Positions 1 through 6,349 of a DNA stretch of 13,103 bases are shown one piece after another. Numbering within the stretch: the first letter of the stretch is position 1; each line of letters starts with the position of its first letter. Position numbers and translations under genes: made by a program. Source of the stretch: Myxococcota bacterium (GTDB taxonomy: Bacteria; Myxococcota_A; Polyangia; Polyangiales; Sandaracinaceae); NCBI GenBank assembly GCA_036149055.1, contig JAYZQJ010000271.1:1-13103 (forward strand), in the 5' to 3' direction. The notes under the pieces are model-generated. The model worked only from the letters and a program-made list of their open reading frames with translations, made no database searches and was not told where the DNA came from.

Positions 1-54
1 GCCCTCCCGCTCGAAGACATGACGCCCGCGGCCTTCAAGGCGACCTTCAGCTAA
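1..54 (+). CDS. 3' end of a CDS running in from the left edge (...ALPLEDMTPAAFKATFS*), product unknown
   Basis: Frame 1 is open from base 1 to TAA at 52-54, and 16 of 17 sense codons end in G/C, as in the host-like genes of this window. Confidence 0.65.
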   Translation, partial: ALPLEDMTPAAFKATFS

Positions 55-128
55 TCAGCGCGAGCTCCGCGTCGACGGCGTCCCTCGCGCTCGCGCGCCC
101 TGCACCCCGCCTTCGCTGATCGGTCACG

Positions 129-416
129 ATGCGACAGCTACGAAGAGCGCTCGTATCTGGGTGTCTGGGTTTGGTGATCAGCTCTTCGCTGTTCTTGATA
201 TGCAGCGTCGTCGTGTTTGGGTTGCTGTCACTGCGGACCACCGGTCCCGACGACGAGTACGTCGTGTCAGTCGACGGCTTCTTCGTTATCGTGTCCCTCA
301 TTGCGCTTCTGTCGTTGTTCGTGGGTCTCCCTGCCAGTGCCGCAATCGTGCGACGACGGTGCGGGAAGGCGGGGCGTCCACTCGACGCGGCACGCGACGG
401 TGAGCTAGACGAGTAG
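129..416 (+). CDS. Small hypothetical membrane protein (95 aa, two predicted TM helices)
   Basis: Two long hydrophobic runs (LVSGCLGLVISSSLFLICSVVVFGLLSL; FFVIVSLIALLSLFVGLPASAAIV) flanked by basic residues. GC is lower than in the host-like genes (33/60 GC at 181-240). Confidence 0.65.
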   Translation: MRQLRRALVSGCLGLVISSSLFLICSVVVFGLLSLRTTGPDDEYVVSVDGFFVIVSLIALLSLFVGLPASAAIVRRRCGKAGRPLDAARDGELDE

Positions 417-555
417 TCTCGCGTCTCATCGAGTCCACCGCCCTCGACCCGCGGCGACCCGTGCGATCTCCAGCAGCGGCGCCGTTACGCCTGAACGGAG
501 AAGCGCGGCCAAGGCACTTCTTGGCGGATAACGCGTGGGTTTCGCCCATAGAGCC

Positions 556-1557
556 TCAGAATGTCTTTCGGCGGAAATGCGGCCAAACCGGCATGATGGC
601 GTCGAGGAGGTTGCAATGGAGCCTGCATCCTGGGCACCGTACGCCGCCCGACAGTCTGAGAAGTCGGCTCGAGCTCTCGACCTCTCCTCGGACTGCCAGC
701 AGGCCCCCAGCGACGCAGGCGACGCATCGATCGTCGGCGTTCGCGAGTCCCATCCGGCACTGCTGTAGACCTGCGTCGAGCTCCCGCTGCCACTCGGCGA
801 GGAACTCCTCGGGAACCTGTTGTCGGAGGTCGTCAGACGCAAGATGCTCGGCGACACGGCGCCACGGTGTTTCCCGAGGGCTTCCCGTGCACTGGAGGGC
901 AGACAGGCGCCGCGGCTGAGTTTCGTCAGAATGGACGGGCGGGTCAGTCGACTCCAGGCCGTAGGTAGCGATGCCGTCGTCACGGAACAGGATCACAAAG
1001 TATTCCTTGCACGACGGGCACACGCCCTCCAACTCACCCTCGCCGAGCATGATGTTCGTGGTGATCAGAAACCCCATACGATGGCCCGACAAGGCGAGCG
1101 CAGCGAGTGCGAGGTACGAGCTCTCGTCACGGTTCCATGGCTCCGACAATAGAGCGTCCAAGCACCGGACCTCGCCAATGGACAGTGCGGCGTGAAAGGC
1201 CGCCGCTAGATGCTCGGGAATCGGTTCGCCCAATACACGGTAGGTGGCAGCCATGAATCCGAGCGAAATCCAGAGGTCCGCCGAACGATCGGGCGGCAGC
1301 TCCATGCCGATTTCAACTAGATGCGGAACGGCTGCATAGGTGCTTTCGTAGCAACTGTGCTGGTGGTAAATCAGCTCGATGAGGTGCGCCCAAGTCGAGC
1401 TCTTCGAGAGCTCGAGCTCCGGCTGCTTGGCGAGCTCCCGAACTCGTCCCGGAAGGGTCTCTGAGAGCTCTGGCCACGGACCGCTGAGCTCGTTCCAGCG
1501 TGGATCCTCCAGCGGGAGCTTGCCGGGGATGGGCGATGAGGGGGTTCCGCGTGCCAT
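556..1557 (-). CDS. Hypothetical alpha-helical protein (~333 aa) with an LxLEDPRW / HQxxxYxxxYAAVPHLV N-terminal domain and two CPxC motifs
   Basis: The ORF track starts at GTG 1647, but the in-frame ATG at 1557 lies just before the conserved-looking LPLEDPRW motif. WAHLIELIYHQHSCYESTYAAVPHLVEIG resembles a widespread family of uncharacterised helical proteins. CPSC and CPGC suggest a Zn site. The start is uncertain. Confidence 0.8.
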   Translation of the reverse strand: MARGTPSSPIPGKLPLEDPRWNELSGPWPELSETLPGRVRELAKQPELELSKSSTWAHLIELIYHQHSCYESTYAAVPHLVEIGMELPPDRSADLWISLGFMAATYRVLGEPIPEHLAAAFHAALSIGEVRCLDALLSEPWNRDESSYLALAALALSGHRMGFLITTNIMLGEGELEGVCPSCKEYFVILFRDDGIATYGLESTDPPVHSDETQPRRLSALQCTGSPRETPWRRVAEHLASDDLRQQVPEEFLAEWQRELDAGLQQCRMGLANADDRCVACVAGGLLAVRGEVESSSRLLRLSGGVRCPGCRLHCNLLDAIMPVWPHFRRKTF

Positions 1558-1734
1558 GGTCACGCACGGGATGGCCCGCGCCTCGTGCGGGCGCAATAGA
1601 CGCGAGCTCCGGTCCCCCTCGGCCGCCCGTTGCTCATGACCCGACACTTCGCCGGGTGAGCGAGCGCGGAGCGAACGCGCCGTCGACGTTCACCCCGGCG
1701 AGGGGAAGGGGAACTTCTCTCTCCTCTGGAGGTC

Positions 1735-1738
1735 GGAG
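1735..1738 (+). promoter_or_regulatory. Shine-Dalgarno-like GGAG upstream of ATG 1747
   Basis: GGAG ends 8 nt before ATG 1747, and a second GGAGG lies at 1728-1732. Confidence 0.5.
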
Positions 1739-1746
1739 TCGCCGCG

Positions 1747-3567
1747 ATGTCGAGGAGCGTGCGACGTGGCGGATGGATCGGTGGGGGCGCGATGCTGGCG
1801 ACCGGGCTCGCGCTTTTCAGCTGGCTGGCGCCGGAGCCCGAGGCGAACGACTCCCCCGAGGGGCAGACCCCGCGCCGCGCTCTGGGTCTGCGCGCAGGGG
1901 TCGCGGGGGCTCTCGAGCTCCCGGCCGACGCTGCGCGCGCCATGGCTCACGACGGTGGTGTGGCCTCCGCTCCCGAGGCGTGTGCGCAGGTGCGCGTGCG
2001 GGAGCGCGGCGGGCGAGGGGTATCCGCGAGGATCCGAGTCGCGGTGAGGCCGAGCGACGGAACCTGGGCGCGGCGGCCGGCGCGTCGGGCCGACGCCGAG
2101 GGCCACGTCGAGATCTGCGCGGTCGAGGGGGCGAGCCTTCTGCTGAGGGCCCGCACCGACGAGGGTCAGCGCGGAGCGCTCATCCTGTATCCCAGCGAGT
2201 GGCAGGGTCGTGTGCTGACGCTGCCGGTCGCGGGGCTCGCGCGCGTCCGCGGGCGGGTGCTCGATCCCGATGGCCGCGCCCTCGAAGGCGCGCGCATCAC
2301 GGTGGCATCGTTCTTCCGCGGCAGGGACGGCGGACCGAGCTACCTCCCGAGGGACGCCTCCCCGGTCTGGGCGGCAGAGCCGACCTGGTCCGACGCGGAG
2401 GGACGATTCGAGGTACGGATCCTGGGGCAGCAGACCTTTCAGGTCGGCGCCGAGCACGACGGCTACGCGCGCACCTGGAGCGGGCCATTCGCCGGGCGCC
2501 CGGGCGCGACGTACGAGACCGAGGTTCGCATGGAGCCGGCGCGGGCCTTCGACGTCACCATCACTCATGGCGGCGTCCCGCTGGAGAATGCGCAGATCGT
2601 CGTGCACCCGACGAACGTGCACGGGCGCTTTCCGCCCATCCCTCTTCCCGACGGCCACTACCGGCTGGAGGGGCAACACCCGGACGCGCGGTTCGACCTC
2701 AGCGCGTCCGCAGAGGGCTATGTCTGGAGCGGGCGCCGGACACTCGGCGTCGGTACGCACGAGATCGAGCTGGCGCGAGGCGCCACCGTACGCGTCGACG
2801 TGAGCGTCGATCCCGCGCTCGCGCCCTGTCTAGGCGCTCCAATCCTACCGAGGTGGGAGGGGTTCTTCGTTCCCAGGACTCGTGTCTTCGGGCGCCTGGA
2901 AGGCGCGTCGGCCGGCTCGGGCGCGACTCTGGACGCGGCGAGCGGCACCCTCGTCTTCCGCGGAGTCCCACCCGGGCCCGCGCGCCTCACGGTCAGCGTC
3001 CTCGGCTCGTCCGAGGAGCGCGAGGTCGAAGTGCGTCTCCCGGAGACCTGGCTCCCGCCGGTCCGCCTCGTCCCCGACGGCGACACCGGCGTGATCCGAA
3101 TCATCGCCGACGATGACGACAGCTACTTCGCGATCACCGAGGAGGATGGCTCGCCTCGCCGCGAAGGAATGCCCCAAACGAGGTGGTCCTGCGAACCCCT
3201 CCCACCGGGGACGTATCGAGTCCGGGCGCGCGAGGAGCATGTCGTGCACCTCACCGCTGGCCGCGTGGTCGACGTCCGGATCGCACACCATGAGCGCCCG
3301 ACCCGGACCTACCCCTCGACGTGTGCACCCCCGTTCGATGTGCGCGCTCTCGAGGACGGCACCCTGCTGGTCACCGCGCTGAAGGCCTACGCCGACGACC
3401 GGGTGTTGCCCGGCGACCGCATCCTCGCGGTGGAGGGCGAGGAGGAGCTCGGCCTCGGCACCCTCACCGGTCCGGCGTGGTCCCGCCTCCGGGCCTTCGT
3501 CGAGCAGCCGGACGGGGCGCGCCGGTGGGTGGAGCTGGAGCGTGTTCCCCGTCAGGACGCCCGCTGA
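1747..3567 (+). CDS. Membrane-anchored carboxypeptidase-regulatory-like (beta-sandwich repeat) protein with a C-terminal PDZ-like domain, 606 aa
   Basis: N-terminal basic plus hydrophobic anchor (MSRSVRRGGWIGGGAMLATGLALFSWLA). Repeats typical of CarboxypepD_reg domains (VRGRVLDPDGRALEGARITV, SDAEGRFEV, ADAEGHVEI, LPPGTYRVRA). The C-terminal LPGDRILAVEG...LTGPAWSRLRAFVEQPDG..WVELER is PDZ-like. Strong GC3 bias. Confidence 0.88.
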   Translation: MSRSVRRGGWIGGGAMLATGLALFSWLAPEPEANDSPEGQTPRRALGLRAGVAGALELPADAARAMAHDGGVASAPEACAQVRVRERGGRGVSARIRVAVRPSDGTWARRPARRADAEGHVEICAVEGASLLLRARTDEGQRGALILYPSEWQGRVLTLPVAGLARVRGRVLDPDGRALEGARITVASFFRGRDGGPSYLPRDASPVWAAEPTWSDAEGRFEVRILGQQTFQVGAEHDGYARTWSGPFAGRPGATYETEVRMEPARAFDVTITHGGVPLENAQIVVHPTNVHGRFPPIPLPDGHYRLEGQHPDARFDLSASAEGYVWSGRRTLGVGTHEIELARGATVRVDVSVDPALAPCLGAPILPRWEGFFVPRTRVFGRLEGASAGSGATLDAASGTLVFRGVPPGPARLTVSVLGSSEEREVEVRLPETWLPPVRLVPDGDTGVIRIIADDDDSYFAITEEDGSPRREGMPQTRWSCEPLPPGTYRVRAREEHVVHLTAGRVVDVRIAHHERPTRTYPSTCAPPFDVRALEDGTLLVTALKAYADDRVLPGDRILAVEGEEELGLGTLTGPAWSRLRAFVEQPDGARRWVELERVPRQDAR

Positions 3568-3595
3568 ACCGTCGTCCCGGTCTCCCCGGAGCCCA
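3552..3595 (+). repeat. 44-bp direct repeat, copy 1 (last 16 nt of the 606-aa CDS including TGA, plus 28 nt downstream)
   Basis: tcaggacgcccgctgaaccgtcgtcccgGtctccccggagccca, 43/44 identical to 4467-4510. Confidence 0.97.
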
Positions 3596-3988
3596 TCCCT
3601 CGTACACTGCTCGCACGGCGCTGCCTGACCGGACGGATCTGGCGCAGATTCTGGCGTTCGATGGACTGACGCACGCGGCGGGTGACCATGGTCTTCCTGC
3701 GGAGCTCATGGAGCCTCAGTGGGCAGGAATCGGGGACGGAATGAGCAGGTTCGGCGTAGCATGGCAAGTGGAAGTCGTCTCGACTCGGCACTGTCGAGTG
3801 GGATCGTCGCCGGCCATGTTCCATCGGACGGGGGTGTGCTCGGTGGGTTTGTTGTCATGGCCGAGAGCAGTCTACGAGTCCGAGCTGCGGGCGCTGTTCT
3901 TGACGTAGCAGGGCGCCGCCAGCGACGAGAAACCCGAACCGAGGTCCGAGCGCGGTTCGTGGCAGAACACTTACCCTGGAGGGTCCCG

Positions 3989-4423
3989 ATGGAAGAAGCA
4001 GGTTCCGACACACCAGGTAACAGTGGCAGCGCTGAGACCTATGAGACCTGGATTCCGTTGCCCGGTATTGCCGCCAGGATGAACCTCGCTGGCCTCAGCC
4101 ATACTGACGAAGGAGTGCGGGTTCTCCTCCAGCATCAGGTCGGCGAAGGCCGGGTTCTCACGCTTCTCTTCGAGTCACCGGTCGCAAATCGCAACATCAA
4201 CGAGAGCTACCGGCTTCGAACGTGGAACCGTCTCGGAGAACACGAGCGGTCGTCTCTTCTGCGCGTCCACCACTCCGACTGGGTCGAGTGGCTCCGTCGA
4301 GAGGCTGGAGGAGTACTCGATGCGGTCACACTCCATCACTACGCGATATTCACGGACGAGGACTGCGTCGAGCTCGTCACGGAGTTCCCGCCGCGGGTGG
4401 CCGTGTCGGACCGCAGCGAGTGA
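3989..4423 (+). CDS. Hypothetical protein (144 aa), possibly immunity-protein-like
   Basis: GGAGG at 3978-3982 precedes ATG 3989, so the ORF-track extension to 3719 is probably non-coding. The motifs F.SPVA.RN.NES.RL.T, V.HSDW.EWL..E..G and HHYAI.T.EDC.E.V...PP.V look like a conserved small hypothetical family. Lower GC (36/60 at 4021-4080). Confidence 0.85.
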   Translation: MEEAGSDTPGNSGSAETYETWIPLPGIAARMNLAGLSHTDEGVRVLLQHQVGEGRVLTLLFESPVANRNINESYRLRTWNRLGEHERSSLLRVHHSDWVEWLRREAGGVLDAVTLHHYAIFTDEDCVELVTEFPPRVAVSDRSE

Positions 4424-4466
4424 GCGCGCCTCAGGCACAATGAGAGACCCGTTCTGAGGCTGAGAC

Positions 4467-4510
4467 TCAGGACGCCCGCTGAACCGTCGTCCCGTTCTCC
4501 CCGGAGCCCA
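4467..4510 (+). repeat. 44-bp direct repeat, copy 2
   Basis: tcaggacgcccgctgaaccgtcgtcccgTtctccccggagccca, 915 bp from copy 1, with a single mismatch (G3580 vs T4495). Confidence 0.97.
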
Positions 4511-4801
4511 AGGGCGCAGACGAAGTTCGGAGCGCCAGGGCTTCGCGAGTATCGAGACGGAGACGTCGTCGAATGGTTCCGCGGGAAGGCCATGCACAAC
4601 GGGAGGCGACCCGAGGGAGGCAACATGCGCGGCGCTGCCTGGGCCTCTTGCCACGGCTGCGATCTGACCGTCTTCCTCCTGATCCGCGTGCGTGAGGACG
4701 TGATCGCCGGCGTCGAAGCGGGATCGGTCCGTCGCGCTCGACCCACGGACTATGGTGCGAAGTTCGTTGGCTTCGCGGGGCTCGACGACCAGGAGGCGTA
4801 G
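4511..4801 (+). pseudogene. Probable 5'-truncated gene for a small CxxC (Zn-binding-like) hypothetical protein
   Basis: The frame reads RAQTKFGAPGLREYRDGDVVEWFRGKAMHNGRRPEGGNMRGAAWASCHGCDLTVFLLIRVREDVIAGVE... from the first base after repeat copy 2. It is protein-like well upstream of ATG 4592, but there is no in-frame ATG/GTG/TTG between stop 4423 and 4592, and only one CxxC remains. Confidence 0.6.
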
Positions 4802-4921
4802 CGGAGCTGCGCACGAGCTGGCGCCGCTCGCGCCACGGCACGCCGGAGCGGGACTCGGGCGCGAGCCAGCGTGCTCACTCGGAATGGCGTCTCGGCGCGT
4901 TCGGGGGCAAGCTCGGTGGCG

Positions 4922-6322
4922 ATGCACGATGTCGACGGATTCGAGGTGAGTGGCGCGCGCCGACGGCCTCCTCCCCGCCGCCGACGTCGCGACGCCTCCG
5001 CGCTGGGCTGGGCGAGCGCGTTGTTGGTGGCGCTCTCGGGCTGCGACGCGCCTGCGCGGTACGTGTGCCGGACGGTGGGTGGGCCGGTGCGAGTGGGGTC
5101 GGATCTCGGCACGCATCAGATCGCGAAGGCCGACGGGGCGCTGTTCTGGACGCAGGCGGGCTCGGAGTCCTGGACTGGCCAATGGGCCGATCCGTCCAGC
5201 GGGGAAGCGCTGAGCGCGCCGCTCGACATGGGCAGCGGAGATGGCTCGAGACCCTTCTGGTTGCCGGACGGCGCTGGTGGGTTGGTCGGCGTGCTCGACT
5301 CCACGGTCGGCCCCGGACCGCTCGACGCGCAGGACTACTACGGAGTCTGGCGGGTCGGGATCGGTGAGAGCAGTCGCGTGCCGGTCCCGCTGGACGTCCC
5401 TTCGGATTGCGACCGCTGCGTGCGTGAGGGCGGCGGGGGCGCGCACGGCGGGCACTCGGCGGTGAGCGTCGGGGGGCGGCGGTTGGCGGTGATCGCCACG
5501 GCCGACCCGAGGTGTGTGGCCATCGGGGCTACCGCGCTCAGCCGCGTCCTGCGGATCGTGGACCTCGAGGACGGCACGTCCGTTCCGGTCCACCTCGCCG
5601 ATGAGTGCGCGACCCTCACCACGCCGAACCTGGTGGAGATCCTCGTCGATTCACCCTGGGCGGTGGCGCTCTCGGACGGAAACCTCGGCATCCTCTACAG
5701 CAACCCCAACGGAGTCACGCCGCGGCGCTACGTCGTGGTCTCTCCGGAGGGTCGCGTGATTCATCCGCCTCGCGTGGTGGGCTCCGACATCTTTCGCGAC
5801 TCCCGCCGGCGGTACCCGCAAGGACGCGCGGCCCGGGTGGGAGATCACGTGATCTTCGTCGAGGGGGATGTGATGGACTCCATCTGCTCGCGCATCCGCG
5901 TGATGAACGAGGACGGCACGGGCGCCAGAGACGCGAGCTGGCAGCCGACCTGCGGCTCCGCAACTTGGTTCCACGTGCAGGCCATGGGCGACCACGTGGG
6001 CATCCTGTACTCGATCGTCTACGTGACCGACGACAGCACGACCCTCGAGGACGCGCGGTACGACTCGGCGGCCGCGTTCGTGCTGCTGGACGAGCACGGC
6101 CGGCTGGTGAGCGAGCAGATCTTCGCGAGCCCCCTGGAGGCCGCGTCGACGGTGGCGCCGTCACGGTCGTTCCTGTTGCCGCTCCTGACGAGCCTGTGGG
6201 TCGGACCCCAGGAGGCCGACGCGGAGGAGTTGACCGCGACCGTGTCCTACCTGGATCGACGGAGTGAGCCGCCCGGTCTCTTCATCCAGGAGATCGCGTG
6301 TCAGGCCGAGGCGCAGCGGTGA
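4922..6322 (+). CDS. Putative lipoprotein (~466 aa), beta-rich and Cys-containing, function unknown
   Basis: Arg-rich n-region, then h-region ALGWASALLVA and lipobox LSGC (Cys codon 5042-5044). The mature part has repeated beta-strand patterns (NLGILYSN, HVIFVEG, HVGILYS, AFVLLDEHGRLV). The start is uncertain (GTG 4871, ATG 4922 or GTG 4946). Confidence 0.82.
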   Translation: MHDVDGFEVSGARRRPPPRRRRRDASALGWASALLVALSGCDAPARYVCRTVGGPVRVGSDLGTHQIAKADGALFWTQAGSESWTGQWADPSSGEALSAPLDMGSGDGSRPFWLPDGAGGLVGVLDSTVGPGPLDAQDYYGVWRVGIGESSRVPVPLDVPSDCDRCVREGGGGAHGGHSAVSVGGRRLAVIATADPRCVAIGATALSRVLRIVDLEDGTSVPVHLADECATLTTPNLVEILVDSPWAVALSDGNLGILYSNPNGVTPRRYVVVSPEGRVIHPPRVVGSDIFRDSRRRYPQGRAARVGDHVIFVEGDVMDSICSRIRVMNEDGTGARDASWQPTCGSATWFHVQAMGDHVGILYSIVYVTDDSTTLEDARYDSAAAFVLLDEHGRLVSEQIFASPLEAASTVAPSRSFLLPLLTSLWVGPQEADAEELTATVSYLDRRSEPPGLFIQEIACQAEAQR

Positions 6323-6349
6323 GCTGCACATTCTGCCCGACGCCGTAGC

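Noticed and set aside
70..1688. Imperfect inverted repeats around the left islet (cgtcgacggcg 70-80 / 1678-1688; cgcgctcgc 86-94 / 1660-1668)
   Set aside because: These are short GC-rich words with unequal spacing. The same 11-mer also occurs inside a CDS near 8165, and there is no transposase or target duplication.
1700..1727. Purine tract followed by a pyrimidine tract in the divergent intergenic region
   Set aside because: It could form a weak G-U-rich hairpin near the SD, but the pairing is imperfect and nothing supports a riboswitch or terminator call.
1500..3116. 538-aa plus-strand ORF and 356-aa minus-strand ORF 1690-2760
   Set aside because: Shadows of the 606-aa gene, which has the codon bias and recognisable domains.
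3719..3988. N-terminal extension of the 234-aa ORF in the ORF track
   Set aside because: A clear GGAGG precedes ATG 3989, and the extension has poor codon bias.
3552..4510. CRISPR array or integron attC interpretation of the 44-bp repeats
   Set aside because: There are only two copies, with an 871-bp spacer and no cas or intI genes. No proper RYYYAAC...GTTRRRY pair is shared by both copies.
3552..4841. Two minus-strand ORFs (3552-3824, 4467-4841) sharing the C-terminus GSGE(T/N)GTTVQRAS*
   Set aside because: The shared tail is just the translation of the 44-bp repeat, and the rest of each ORF is not protein-like. The repeat does begin exactly at this minus-strand TGA, so a lost convergent gene cannot be fully excluded.
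4175..5593. 472-aa minus-strand ORF
   Set aside because: It runs antisense across three unrelated plus-strand coding segments and the repeat, and has no protein-like motifs.
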